A stretch of DNA of 39,922 nucleotides from a virus (IMGVR_UViG_3300037461_000445:1-39922), one strand, 5' to 3'. Positions 26,308 to 36,777 are shown, counted from the first letter of the stretch. Numbers and translations are program-made. The notes: generated from the sequence alone by a model not told the origin.

Positions 26308-29300
26308 TCACCAAACCCTTTTTATGCCTACGGAATCCTCGCCAACAAGCGCAAAATCTGAGAACTGATTGCGCTCATATCCAACGAATTGCAAACTTAC
26401 ATTTTTCAAAAACTCTGCAAATCTCATGCCTATTATCTCTATTTCGCCGTCGAAATTAGCGTTGTCGCTGTCAAGTGTAAACTGTTCGCCAATGCGAACC
26501 AGCAAACTTTTTAAAGTTGTCGAAAAAACAAAAGACCTCAAACCGTCCTCACGAGTAAAGAATTTCCGCATTGCTATATTCATGGCCGCGTCTTCAGAAT
26601 AGAATCCGGGCAGGTTCAAAGTCACGCTGCGTTTTATTTCATTTCTCCACAAGGATTTATTTTCCGCATCGCTGGCTGGATATGTAAAGCCGTACAAATA
26701 CTTGTCATTGATATAGTCATAGCCATATTGGCATTTGATCTCGTTGATTATTTCGAAAGTTTCAATTTCAGCACCCGGAGCCTTTATCGCGTTGTCGCCG
26801 TTGATTTCCGTCAGGCTGGCATTGTATCGCGGCCTGAATGTGTGCAGCCGGTCGACGCCCCAATTGTCATGGTGAGTAAATCCGTCCATGTGGGCGCATA
26901 CAACCTCTTCGATTTGCGCAATAGACATTTCACGGTCAGCGGAGAGAGATAGCCGCATACCGCATTTTTCTGCGTAGTCATATTCCGTGTCAAAGCTGTA
27001 CCGTCCCGACAAATCAAGTGCAGTGCGCTCTTTCCATTCAACCGTGGCCGCGACCGTGTAGCTGTTCGCAAGCGCCGAAACCACAAGCGCAATTGTCGGC
27101 GGATAACCCGCTGCCACAGTGTTTCCGGTTGCAACCGTGACCTCTTCGCTGGTTGCTCCCTCGGTTATGATAAGGGTTTCTCCCGCATCGATCACCGTCG
27201 GGACACTGACAGTAATTGATAAAGTGGTTGCTCCCGCAGATTTTTCGGCGGCCAAAGTGCCAAGATATTTGTCACCGAAAAAGGAGCTGGCATTGATCAT
27301 GTTTGTTGGCAAGTCGGTTTTAAGAGAAAGAACGTCAAAAACCGCCTGAACCGGATTTTCATCCTCCCAGCTTATGCACGTTTTAAACGTCAAAACATGA
27401 CCCGCAATGATCGTACCTCCCCAGGCTTCATACTCTATCAGCATCACCCCTGGAATGGTCAGGTCTGCGCCGGTATTCCCCTCAACGCCAAGAACACCAG
27501 GCCCGGAAATAGTAAACACGGTTGAGGATGAAAAGGTAACCGTCCATTCACCAAGCCTGCACGAATCATAAATTGTTATGTAATCAAAATCTATTATTCC
27601 GTTGGCGTCTATCTGTAAAGTTTCCGAAAAGGCTCTTGACTTCCAGGCTTTCGGCAATATATTTGGCAAAATTGCCGGTTCAGAAACCACCTCGATGCTG
27701 AATGCCTGCGTTGTTGTCGCGGCCAGTCCGTCGGTTATTTCTATCGTAAAATTAGACGTTCCCATTGTTGTCGCAATGCCGGATATTTCCCCCGTGGATG
27801 CGTTGAGAGTCAACCCATCCGGAAGACTGCCGACCGTAACCGCGTATGAAAAATCACCTGCCCCGCCCTTGCCCTCGATAAAGCAACTGTAATTCATTCC
27901 TACGCGAGTATCGCTTACCGACGTACGCTCAAAACCGATCGTACCATCAAATTTCCGCATCCAATCGACATCCACGGAAATGGTTTTATTCTCTGAAGTC
28001 GTGACAAACCAGCCAACAGCGTTTATTCCGGTTAGGCTGGACCCGTCGCAATATGTCCAGCTTGTGGCCCCAGCTTCCCGGCGATAACAGAAAAAATCGT
28101 TGGCGACCTTTTTGATCATAAGCTCGAATGAGGTTCTTGTCCCGGCCCAGGTATCCGACCAAAACGGCGTGCCGAAATATTCCACCCCGTCCCATTCATC
28201 AGCGCCGTGGAGGTTCCAGGCGATCATATCATTCAAGCCGTTATAAAAACCGAACAAAATTCCAGCCGGAACCGTCCCATAGCCTGCGTATGCTTTATTA
28301 TTTCTTACAGCCAGACCAATACGAAAAGACTTGTCCGGCTCAGTGTTTACGGTAAACTTTGCCATTATAGCCCAATCGCCGGATATATCCTCCCGGAAAA
28401 CTGCAACCGGATTGTAAATTGGGCCCGTATCTACGGTGTCATCATTCCATTTGTTCGTGTCTGTAAATGCTATTCTACATTTATCGCTGACAATGCTTAT
28501 ACTTCCAGAATTGACCAAAGAATAGGACGATAACCCATCGGCTTCTAAAAATTCCTCGTTTACATAATTTTTAATCAATATCGAAATTGTGGCCGACACA
28601 GATTCGCCGGCGGCGCTGGTAACCTTCACGTCAATGGAAAACGTTCCGGTTTCGCCCGGCGTTCCTGAAATTTCTCCGGTGGATGAATCGAGAGAAAGAC
28701 CACCTGGCAACGTCCCGCTTGTGATGCTCCAGGTGTATGGCGGATCACCCCATCCGCCAGTCCATACCTCTGTCGTGGCAAGACTGCCGGCTGAATCTAT
28801 CGCCATTAATTTTTTATCACTGGCAGAGTCAGCGCCGATCAATGGCTTGTCATGGATGATCTTTTTAAAATCTGAAATGGTTATTTTAGCCTTGCCGGAT
28901 GTTGCCTCTGGCAATCGGATTGTCCTGCCTCGATAAAGCGTCACGTGCGCAGTGCATCCGGTCATCCGCAGCCGGATAAGTACGTCTTTGCCCTCAAGCG
29001 CTTTTGTGTATACGCGGGATCCAGCGGCGTAATCATGAACAAGGCCGCTGTGCGCTGTGATCTCGTGGTAATAGGTCGATCCTGCGGCGGCGGCAAAAGC
29101 GTCAACGTCTATTTCCTCAGAATTGACGCCGTCGCTTATCATGACGTTTACGCCCACTTTAAAAACAACGCCCGTTTTAGGAAATAGCTTAATAGAGGTC
29201 GCGGTTGCGCTGTGGTCAATGTTTAAATCAGCATAGACATTGTGCAAAAAGGAATCTTCATTTTCAGGATCGAAATATCCGTCGGGGTCGGCAAACTCTA

Positions 29301-29511
29301 AAGTAATATCCTGGATGACCGGACGCGATCCCCATTCCAGGTCAAGGCTTCGCTCGTTCACAAGGCCGGACATGGCAATAAGATCATAGCTGCCGGTCAA
29401 TGAAATATTCAAACCGTCAGGGTCATAGATCGCCTCGACATACGGCGCCGCACCGGTTTTTAGTTCAAGTTTTGCTATCCAGTCGGCTGGAAGTGTGTCA
29501 TACCATGGCAT
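26308..29511 (-). CDS. large tail-tip/hub protein with two putative Ig (He_PIG-like) domains and an inserted lectin-like domain
   Basis: PPYTWSITSGTLPGGLSLDSSTGEISGTP and FSYAVTVGSLPDGLTLNASTGEISG; C-terminal hub-like region; TAATG start. Confidence 0.75.
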   Translation of the reverse strand: MPWYDTLPADWIAKLELKTGAAPYVEAIYDPDGLNISLTGSYDLIAMSGLVNERSLDLEWGSRPVIQDITLEFADPDGYFDPENEDSFLHNVYADLNIDHSATATSIKLFPKTGVVFKVGVNVMISDGVNSEEIDVDAFAAAAGSTYYHEITAHSGLVHDYAAGSRVYTKALEGKDVLIRLRMTGCTAHVTLYRGRTIRLPEATSGKAKITISDFKKIIHDKPLIGADSASDKKLMAIDSAGSLATTEVWTGGWGDPPYTWSITSGTLPGGLSLDSSTGEISGTPGETGTFSIDVKVTSAAGESVSATISILIKNYVNEEFLEADGLSSYSLVNSGSISIVSDKCRIAFTDTNKWNDDTVDTGPIYNPVAVFREDISGDWAIMAKFTVNTEPDKSFRIGLAVRNNKAYAGYGTVPAGILFGFYNGLNDMIAWNLHGADEWDGVEYFGTPFWSDTWAGTRTSFELMIKKVANDFFCYRREAGATSWTYCDGSSLTGINAVGWFVTTSENKTISVDVDWMRKFDGTIGFERTSVSDTRVGMNYSCFIEGKGGAGDFSYAVTVGSLPDGLTLNASTGEISGIATTMGTSNFTIEITDGLAATTTQAFSIEVVSEPAILPNILPKAWKSRAFSETLQIDANGIIDFDYITIYDSCRLGEWTVTFSSSTVFTISGPGVLGVEGNTGADLTIPGVMLIEYEAWGGTIIAGHVLTFKTCISWEDENPVQAVFDVLSLKTDLPTNMINASSFFGDKYLGTLAAEKSAGATTLSITVSVPTVIDAGETLIITEGATSEEVTVATGNTVAAGYPPTIALVVSALANSYTVAATVEWKERTALDLSGRYSFDTEYDYAEKCGMRLSLSADREMSIAQIEEVVCAHMDGFTHHDNWGVDRLHTFRPRYNASLTEINGDNAIKAPGAEIETFEIINEIKCQYGYDYINDKYLYGFTYPASDAENKSLWRNEIKRSVTLNLPGFYSEDAAMNIAMRKFFTREDGLRSFVFSTTLKSLLVRIGEQFTLDSDNANFDGEIEIIGMRFAEFLKNVSLQFVGYERNQFSDFALVGEDSVGIKRVW

Positions 29512-29897
29512 TATGCACCGCTCAAAAGAAATTGCATCGTATGCGTTACCTCTGCGCTTTTCTCGCCATATACCCATACCTCGGTATCATTGTCGATGAC
29601 GGGAACCACCTTTAAGCTGGCAACCCCACCGTCATAGCCATAGCGATAATAAAACGTCAGCTCTGCCGTGACGGCTTTAAGTGCGTTTATTTTGTCCAGC
29701 GTCCCAGAGAAATCCTTTTCGTAAAACGTCACCGAAATGATATTATACTCGTTGCCGTCATAGTGGATTGTTGGAGCCTGCGTCTGCGATTCGTTTACGC
29801 TCAGGTCTTGCAAGAATTGAACGGTTTCCTCGCCGACCTCTTCTTGGTCAAAATAAATATTGGTGCTGCCATGAGTGAATTTTAAAACGTTAGGCAT
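29511..29897 (-). CDS. distal-tail-like protein
   Basis: immediately after the tape measure gene, ~128 aa. Confidence 0.6.
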   Translation of the reverse strand: MPNVLKFTHGSTNIYFDQEEVGEETVQFLQDLSVNESQTQAPTIHYDGNEYNIISVTFYEKDFSGTLDKINALKAVTAELTFYYRYGYDGGVASLKVVPVIDNDTEVWVYGEKSAEVTHTMQFLLSGA

Positions 29898-32817
29898 AAG
29901 GATTCGCCGCCACTTGCATTTTTCGGGTTCTATAGTTTATTCGCGGCTCAATGATCCGGTCGCTGATCTGCGCGTATGTGTCCGGATTGGCGTTGTAGAT
30001 CGTCACGTTGAACGGACGGCTTGCCCCTGTGCCGCCAAGCGCAGACGGGTCGCCGGTTCTATTCAGATTCAACAGGTTTCCGGCCCCGACCTCGCGCGTA
30101 ACCTCTGGGCGCAAAACAACTTCGCCCGCGTGCAGCATGGCGATCTTGTCACGCTCAATGTAGCCGCCGGACGCATATTTTTCGATATCTTTAACTTGTG
30201 GATTTGTTGGTAATGTATAATCCGGCAAAAGATCGCCAAGATCAGGGACGTTCACATCTACATTTACGGTTATGGTTTTCCCATTTATTTCATTAAAAAA
30301 ATCATTGGCTGCTTTTAGTTTTTCCTCGATCTCGGCAAATGCCTTGCTTGTTGGATCAAGAGAATTTTTAAAGTTTTCGGCGTTGGCAATTGCCTCTTGC
30401 AAAAGGTTGTTGAATTTCGAATTGTCGATATCTCCGAAAGTATCGCGCAAATCCTGGCCTTGGGTAACAAGATATTCCAGATTTTCCGTTACCTCGCCCA
30501 TTGTTTCCTTTTGTTCAAACACATAAAGATAATCATTAAGCTCTGACGTTACTCCAGCAAGCAGTCCTTGCAATCGTGTAATTTCTTTCTCGCCATATTT
30601 GTCGCCAAGCGAATTTTTAAGGCCAGTAATCATTTCCAGTAAAACGGATTGCTGTGTTTTCAGCGTGTCGATTTTGCTTGATTGAAATTGAGAATTTAAA
30701 CGATCATAAGCATCGCTTGTATATTCAATCTCATCTCCAAGTGCGCCCATAGAATCCTTGACTTGATCCACAGTTAGCTTTACCTTTTCGCCGCCAATGC
30801 CAAAAACATCAAGAGCAAGATTCAATCCTTGCAAACCTAAAGTTATCGGATCGAACCCACCAACAGCGAATGATGTTAAAATACCAATTACGTCTTGACC
30901 GGCTTTTCCTATGCCTGGCAAATCGCTCGCAATTTCGCCCACTAAACCAACAACATCTTTCCAGCCGCCTTTAAAATTTTCTGTTCTTTTTGCCCAATCT
31001 GCAATCTTGCTGCCTAAATCCGTATTTGTTATATTATTTATAAGCTCTGCGGTTTCTCTCCATCGTCCTGCTTTAATTTCTGCCTGAATACGTGCCGCTT
31101 CAGTCGCTGCTTTGATTAGTTCTGTCTGTCTCTTCACTTCTACCAAATGTATATTTGCAAGTTCCTTTGTAATATTCTTATATCCAAGAACCTCCCTGCC
31201 TACTTCATTACTTTTATCTTGCCACATTCCCATCATTGAAACAATAGAATTACTTCCACCACCAATTGCATAAACAATTTCATTCAACCCCTGACTTTCT
31301 AAATACAAATCATGGTTTATTTCTGCCCATGCTTGTTTATGATTTCCTGAAACATCTTCCCAGTATTTAGCAAGTTCTTTATTTTTAGCTATTTGTTCTT
31401 TAGTAAGTTCTACGGTTTTCCGTGCATTATCAGTAACATTTTTATGTGCCTCTGCATTGTCTTTCAGCGACTTTGTGGCGGGTTCTACCCAGGCTGTCAA
31501 ATTTTGGAAAGCCTTTGCCTCCTCATCCATCGCCTCTGACACTAACCGCTGTTGCTTTTCCTGCATAGTTTCATTCGCACCGAAAAACTGCTTTATATCA
31601 AACCATAAAGTTTTTAATGTGTTGCTAAGTTTTGTCAATTCTATATTTGCATTTTCAAAATATTTTCCAGTCCAACCCGTAATAAATTGATCGACAACTT
31701 TAAAACCATCGGCAAGAAAGCCAAGGGCACTTGATAAATCCTTAAATCCTTCAATTAGAATTTTTGTAGCTGGCAGAAGCATATTTCCTATATTTATCGC
31801 AAGAGTGCTTATGCTGTTTCCAAGGATTGTCCATTGATTTTCGGTAGTTACAATTTTTATATCAAACGCCGCCTTTGCCACCCCGGCCGCATCTGCCATG
31901 TTTTTTAATTTTGTTGCATATTCATCAGCCTGAGAGCCGACAAGATTATAAAATGCAAGTTGCCCCTCTTTTCTTCCGAGCATGTCCCCAACAGCTACAT
32001 TGTTTTTTTCTGCATATTCGTTTAAAGCTTTCAATGCTTCTTGCAGTCCGCCCATTTTTTCTATCAAGTCCTCTCCGCTAGCAACACCAAGCTTTCCGAG
32101 CGCTACTTGCATACCATCGGTTGGATTTAGCAGAGAAACCATAACAGATTCTAATTGTGTGGCTGCTTGCGCAGTTGTTCCCGTCACACCTGGAAGCGTC
32201 GCCATAACAGCGTAAACCTCGTCAAGACTTACCCCAAGCTTTTTTGCAAAAGGTATGCTGCCACCAATAGAACTTGATAATTGTTCAATTGTGGTCGCGC
32301 CTTGAGAGGCAACCAAGAACATTTTATCAGAGATATTTTGAACCTCTGACCATTCAAGCCCATAGCCTTTTATGATGGAAGCGAAAAGAGTAAACGTAGA
32401 ATTTACATCGGTGAAACCACCAACGGCGGCCTCGCCTGAAATGCGTAAAACATTAATCGCATCCGCAGCCGGAACGCCGTAACTTGTGATGTCGTAAAGG
32501 GTTTTAGCAAGCTCGTTAGCGGAAATTGGTAGCTCCGTAGACATGGAGAGAATATCTTCTTGCATCTGAGAAAAAAGCGTCTCTTGTCCTGGTCCGATGA
32601 CGGTCTTAACATTCGCCATTGAATCTTCAAACGCAGATGCTTGTTTAACACAAGCAAGAATTGCGGCCCCCGCCGCCGCAATAGCTCCGCCTGCTGCCAG
32701 CCACTTCGTTTCAAATAGGCCGGTAGATGTCATTAAGGACGCAAGGCCGGAATCAAATTCAGACCCGCCTAAAAGCCCCATCTTTGCATAAAGATCGTAT
32801 TCGTTGCTTTCACTCAT
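29890..32817 (-). CDS. tape measure protein (TP901 family)
   Basis: AFEDSMANVKTV, ELAKTLYDITSYG, GATTIEQL, AATQL; helical; C-terminal YASGG...LHAGEVVL. Confidence 0.93.
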   Translation of the reverse strand: MSESNEYDLYAKMGLLGGSEFDSGLASLMTSTGLFETKWLAAGGAIAAAGAAILACVKQASAFEDSMANVKTVIGPGQETLFSQMQEDILSMSTELPISANELAKTLYDITSYGVPAADAINVLRISGEAAVGGFTDVNSTFTLFASIIKGYGLEWSEVQNISDKMFLVASQGATTIEQLSSSIGGSIPFAKKLGVSLDEVYAVMATLPGVTGTTAQAATQLESVMVSLLNPTDGMQVALGKLGVASGEDLIEKMGGLQEALKALNEYAEKNNVAVGDMLGRKEGQLAFYNLVGSQADEYATKLKNMADAAGVAKAAFDIKIVTTENQWTILGNSISTLAINIGNMLLPATKILIEGFKDLSSALGFLADGFKVVDQFITGWTGKYFENANIELTKLSNTLKTLWFDIKQFFGANETMQEKQQRLVSEAMDEEAKAFQNLTAWVEPATKSLKDNAEAHKNVTDNARKTVELTKEQIAKNKELAKYWEDVSGNHKQAWAEINHDLYLESQGLNEIVYAIGGGSNSIVSMMGMWQDKSNEVGREVLGYKNITKELANIHLVEVKRQTELIKAATEAARIQAEIKAGRWRETAELINNITNTDLGSKIADWAKRTENFKGGWKDVVGLVGEIASDLPGIGKAGQDVIGILTSFAVGGFDPITLGLQGLNLALDVFGIGGEKVKLTVDQVKDSMGALGDEIEYTSDAYDRLNSQFQSSKIDTLKTQQSVLLEMITGLKNSLGDKYGEKEITRLQGLLAGVTSELNDYLYVFEQKETMGEVTENLEYLVTQGQDLRDTFGDIDNSKFNNLLQEAIANAENFKNSLDPTSKAFAEIEEKLKAANDFFNEINGKTITVNVDVNVPDLGDLLPDYTLPTNPQVKDIEKYASGGYIERDKIAMLHAGEVVLRPEVTREVGAGNLLNLNRTGDPSALGGTGASRPFNVTIYNANPDTYAQISDRIIEPRINYRTRKMQVAANPYA

Positions 32818-33196
32818 TTTTTTTCAAGACCTTGATAATTCTGTTTCCGATCTGCAAAGTTTTAACTACTGTTTTATCTCCGACTTTTTCTTCTGTGGGC
32901 TTTGGCGGTAAAATTGGCTCGCCGTCATAGCCCCACATGCGCATCAAGTTGGTACCGTGGACGTTGAAAAGACTTTTAATGTATTCAGGAAGCATCTCCA
33001 TCAGCTTGCGCAATGCGTAGATATTTTCTTGATCGTTGGTTCTTGTGTCCGTGACTATCTGCTCGAAAAGGATCGCCCTTGAATATTCATTTTCGAGGTC
33101 ATCTGTCAACTGTTGACAGAAAGGGCCTCGATATCCTGGGTATCGTCGGGCGGCGGCGTCACGGATTCGCCATTCGCTCGACTCGATGACTTTTTT
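32810..33196 (-). CDS. tail assembly chaperone T frame (C-terminal extension via -1 frameshift)
   Basis: -1 frame is open from A-AAA-AAG (33196-33190) into ...QQLTDDLENEYSR. Confidence 0.75.
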   Translation of the reverse strand, partial: KKVIESSEWRIRDAAARRYPGYRGPFCQQLTDDLENEYSRAILFEQIVTDTRTNDQENIYALRKLMEMLPEYIKSLFNVHGTNLMRMWGYDGEPILPPKPTEEKVGDKTVVKTLQIGNRIIKVLKKNE

Positions 33197-33816
33197 GCTG
33201 TGTCTCTCGCCTCCTTGACCTTCTTGGACAATTCGACGTAAGCATCTGACAGCGATTTCATTGTGGCCGCATCGGTGGACAGCCAGCGCTTGAACAGCCG
33301 TTCATCGTCTGCGGTATTGAACGCTTTTTCACCGGTCGCAAGTTTCAGCGTTCCGGTAATCACATCCAGCAGCACACGCACGCCTGCGGTTTTCTGCGCG
33401 AAAAAGTGAGCACGATCTTTTGGCTTTGCATAAGATAATAATTCGATCTGCATCTCTTTGTCTTGCGCATAAAACACATCCACCCATTTAGCATTTTCTG
33501 CTATGGTTTCCATTTCTGTTGTGGCAACTTTTCTTTCCTTTGGCTTTGCATCAATTATCATGCGTTTGCGCGAAAGGTCGTCTTGAGATTCGAAATAATC
33601 AAACCATTCTTTGTCCGGCAATAACGAACCATTAAGACCGTTTTCCGTTGCCCTGGCAAGAGCTTGCTGGTATTTTAGCTCTTGTTGCTCCTGAATTTCG
33701 TATGCATCGAGTTCGTCAAGCATGAATTCGACAACCTCACCGCCGATGTCAATCGGGATATGCACCTCGACCTTGTTTTTTTCGATTGCGCTTTTAAGCG
33801 CTTGAATAGCGTCCAT
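33106..33816 (-). CDS. tail assembly chaperone G
   Basis: lies between tail tube and TMP; in-frame slippery GCA-AAA-AAG near the 3' end. Confidence 0.75.
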   Translation of the reverse strand: MDAIQALKSAIEKNKVEVHIPIDIGGEVVEFMLDELDAYEIQEQQELKYQQALARATENGLNGSLLPDKEWFDYFESQDDLSRKRMIIDAKPKERKVATTEMETIAENAKWVDVFYAQDKEMQIELLSYAKPKDRAHFFAQKTAGVRVLLDVITGTLKLATGEKAFNTADDERLFKRWLSTDAATMKSLSDAYVELSKKVKEARDTAKKSSSRANGESVTPPPDDTQDIEALSVNS

Positions 33817-34082
33817 TAATCTTTTTCCTTTTCATTTTTGAGAATTTCACGCACCCGGCGCTTTAATTCCAAGTGCGCCTCGCGTAATTTCACGATGTCA
33901 ACTGTTAGCTGATTTGATTTCGCGTTTGATGCGTGCGGTTCGACCGCAGTTCTGTTGTTCCACGTACAATTCACAATCGCCTTGTCAAGATCGTGCGAAA
34001 CCGTGTATTCGTCCGGAGGGTTGCCGCTGCATACGATCAATGCAGCGGCAATATATAGGTCAGTCGTGGAGTAGCTAATCAT
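33816..34082 (-). CDS. small protein, DUF5659-like
   Basis: YSTTDLYIAAAL...G N-terminus and ELKRR C-terminus. Confidence 0.55.
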   Translation of the reverse strand: MISYSTTDLYIAAALIVCSGNPPDEYTVSHDLDKAIVNCTWNNRTAVEPHASNAKSNQLTVDIVKLREAHLELKRRVREILKNEKEKD

Positions 34083-34096
34083 ATTTTCCTTTCCGC

Positions 34097-34891
34097 TTAC
34101 ACCACAGCGCAAGCGTAGAAAACTTCCAGCGTTTCAAGATCCGTCAGGGCGGTTTCCAGCGTCAAGGTCTTTCCGACAACCGTAACATTCTGTTTGATGA
34201 TCGTGCCGATTGCGTCGGTGGTCGAAAATTTGCGGATGTAGATCACATTGTCCAAAGAGAATTCGTCTTTCAGACCAACGTTGGTATTGATCAAAGAAAG
34301 AGGAGTCTGAGACAGCGTGTGGGCAACCGTGCTGCCGTCACCGGCAAAGCGGTCCATGACACAGCGGGCGCCAACGGCCAAATTCACCGGCACAAACCGG
34401 CTGTAAAATGGCATCGTTACCAGGCTGTTTCCGCTTTTGCTGGCCGGCGTGAACTCTTTGGGGATCATGTGGCACAGAACCACAGAACCGACAACCGACT
34501 TGTCCGGCGTGCGATACGTGAAAACGATATTGCAACGCGGAACGTCATCGAATGCCAGAGCCTGCGCATAGTAACCGCCAGCGCCAAACGTCTGGCCGTG
34601 CAATGCGGCCAACAGCGAATTGACCCGGCTTTGGAAAATCGGCAGATTGACGTTGAACGTCGGGCGCAGTTTGATTTTACGCCGACCGCCGCCGCTCTGA
34701 TAGATTTCCAGTTCTTTCTCGAATTTCAACGCATCCGGCGAAACCTCCTGGGCGCCCTCGATGTCAACGGCGGAAATGTCCGTCGCCACCGTGGAACCTA
34801 AAAGGTAATACTGGATCAAGGTGTCATCACCCTCGACAAAATCGGTAATCGGAGGAGCGCCGAGGTCTTTTTCTAAATTAGGTGCAGCCAT
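34097..34891 (-). CDS. major tail tube protein
   Basis: position, strong RBS AGGAGG, beta-rich; C-terminal FAGDGSTVAHTLSQTP accessory domain. Confidence 0.65.
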   Translation of the reverse strand: MAAPNLEKDLGAPPITDFVEGDDTLIQYYLLGSTVATDISAVDIEGAQEVSPDALKFEKELEIYQSGGGRRKIKLRPTFNVNLPIFQSRVNSLLAALHGQTFGAGGYYAQALAFDDVPRCNIVFTYRTPDKSVVGSVVLCHMIPKEFTPASKSGNSLVTMPFYSRFVPVNLAVGARCVMDRFAGDGSTVAHTLSQTPLSLINTNVGLKDEFSLDNVIYIRKFSTTDAIGTIIKQNVTVVGKTLTLETALTDLETLEVFYACAVV

Positions 34892-34902
34892 TTCAAAACC
34901 TC

Positions 34903-35388
34903 CTAGGAGATAATGGTTAAATTGTACTCGACGCGAAAACTGTTATTTACCGCGTCATTGTCGATTGTTCGCGCCGGACTGATTGCCTGAATAGCAAGGC
35001 CCTGCGCTAAAAGATCGGTGGCGGTGTACGTCGTGCCGCCGATAATTACTGTAAATGTTTTATTATGCAAATCCTTTTTCTGCCGGAAGAAATAAAGCAA
35101 CTGGCTTTTCATTACGGCGATCTCTTCATCGCCGCCGGTACGGTTGTCATCCCAAAGACCGACGATGCATTCCCACTGCGTACCAGGTAGCGATCCGGAA
35201 GCTTTGATATCTCCTGCGTAATCCGGCAAATCAATATAGATGACCGGTTTTGTTATTTGATCGAAAACGTCATCAGCGGGCCACGCGTGAATAACTTCCC
35301 AACGTGACCATGGAGCGGACGTATTCGCTTTCAGCAGCGCGACCAGAATTTTTTGAATATCTAATATTTCGTATCCGGTGCGTTTCAC
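34903..35388 (-). CDS. tail terminator-like protein
   Basis: position; KPVIYI pattern. Confidence 0.55.
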   Translation of the reverse strand: MKRTGYEILDIQKILVALLKANTSAPWSRWEVIHAWPADDVFDQITKPVIYIDLPDYAGDIKASGSLPGTQWECIVGLWDDNRTGGDEEIAVMKSQLLYFFRQKKDLHNKTFTVIIGGTTYTATDLLAQGLAIQAISPARTIDNDAVNNSFRVEYNLTIIS

Positions 35389-35867
35389 AGCTTGCCTATC
35401 AATTTTATTTGCACTTGCCAGAATGCAAGCAATTTCGGTTTTACCGTCAATCTTGCAGTCCTGAAAAAACGACGCGGGCGCATGGTTCGTTTGCCGTCTG
35501 CGGTCTTTGTTCCGTACTCGATTGCTGCGGCGTATGGCGCTTTTCCGTTTCCAGCACCGCCTTTAGTTTTCGATGCTTTGCCGTCGATGAAAACGATTCC
35601 GAGATTGTCATCAATCCGCCGCGAAACAACAGCACCGCGAAGATTGGCCGTAATGCCGGTAACTGGTAATTGCCCGGGCGTCGGCGATGGTGTACCATAG
35701 GCATGCATAACGCCGCTGATGTTTTTTGTAACCTCTTCGTTCATCATATCCATGCCTTTTTCAACACACGCCGGAATGATGGTATTTTTCAGGCCCAATC
35801 GAGCAGCGCTTACTTTTTTCTGCCAGCCGCTCATATCAAAGCCGAATCCGGGCGGAAGCTTGGGCAT
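35385..35867 (-). CDS. HK97 gp10-like tail completion/neck protein
   Basis: PVTGITANLRGA, APYAAAIEYGT, MRPRRFF. Confidence 0.75.
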   Translation of the reverse strand: MPKLPPGFGFDMSGWQKKVSAARLGLKNTIIPACVEKGMDMMNEEVTKNISGVMHAYGTPSPTPGQLPVTGITANLRGAVVSRRIDDNLGIVFIDGKASKTKGGAGNGKAPYAAAIEYGTKTADGKRTMRPRRFFRTARLTVKPKLLAFWQVQIKLIGKL

Positions 35868-36343
35868 TACGACACTCTCCGAAAAAGCACAATCTGGAAA
35901 AGCATTTCGTTTTTCAAGGTCTCATTGGCTGATGCTTCAAAGACATAATCAACGCCGTCGATGGTTATTTTATCAGCGACTTTTGACATGCCGGAAAGAT
36001 CATAATAAATGTTTGTGTCTGTCCTTACCGTGCCCTGCCAGAAAACATCGCCTTTTTTAATCTCACCGATCGGCGTCTTATTTTCTCCGCCCATCGAGCG
36101 CATCTGGTTAAAAAGCTCCGCCGGAATGCAAAAACCCTTTACCGCAATCGTCGCCGTTGTGCGGCTGGTCAATCCTGTTTTCAGGCAATCAGCAGCACTC
36201 GGGTTTTCTTGGTGCCAGACCGCAGAGTATTGCGGCCTGGCTGAATCTCGCGAGGTCATGCAAGGACATGCCGTGCCGGACACTTTCGAGACCGTCGCGG
36301 CATTGCCATATCTCAGCATAGCTTTTAACCATTGAGCGTTCAC
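35867..36343 (-). CDS. head-closure/connector protein
   Basis: position; DKITIDGVDY; CPC...C motif. Confidence 0.55.
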   Translation of the reverse strand: MNAQWLKAMLRYGNAATVSKVSGTACPCMTSRDSARPQYSAVWHQENPSAADCLKTGLTSRTTATIAVKGFCIPAELFNQMRSMGGENKTPIGEIKKGDVFWQGTVRTDTNIYYDLSGMSKVADKITIDGVDYVFEASANETLKNEMLFQIVLFRRVS

Positions 36344-36777
36344 CGAATGCCCCAGCCACTTGTGCCGCTTTTATGGCTATGATAACGATGGCGATTATAA
36401 TTTTTCGTATGAGTAGAGTTTATCCAGCTCGTGCCGGTGACAAGGGCCTTGTACCGCTGATATTCTTTTATCAGCAGATTGTTCATTCTTTCCTTGTCTA
36501 CTGCCGATATTGGTGTAATCGCGCCGTTCACACCTTCGATTTTTTCCGTCGGCGCAGACGCGACAACCAAAGCCGCACAAAAAGAAATCATGGCGGCCTT
36601 AGCAAGCGTCTGCTGGTTAGCGGTTAAACTTGCATACGTTACACCGGAATCCACCAAGAAAGCAGCCTCAGAGGCCGGAATAAATGACGCGCCGTCAAGG
36701 GTCCCCGTTGCCACGTCCAAAGCCGTCAAGCTCAACAGACGCGTCATTACATCCGATTGTGTGATATAATCACCCAT
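36340..36777 (-). CDS. head-tail adaptor
   Basis: MGDYITQSDV N-terminus, helical, directly after the capsid gene. Confidence 0.6.
   Translation of the reverse strand: MGDYITQSDVMTRLLSLTALDVATGTLDGASFIPASEAAFLVDSGVTYASLTANQQTLAKAAMISFCAALVVASAPTEKIEGVNGAITPISAVDKERMNNLLIKEYQRYKALVTGTSWINSTHTKNYNRHRYHSHKSGTSGWGIR

Noticed and set aside
22246-29511. Diversity-generating retroelement or invertible fibre cassette
   Set aside because: No reverse transcriptase, invertase or TR/VR repeat pair seen by eye
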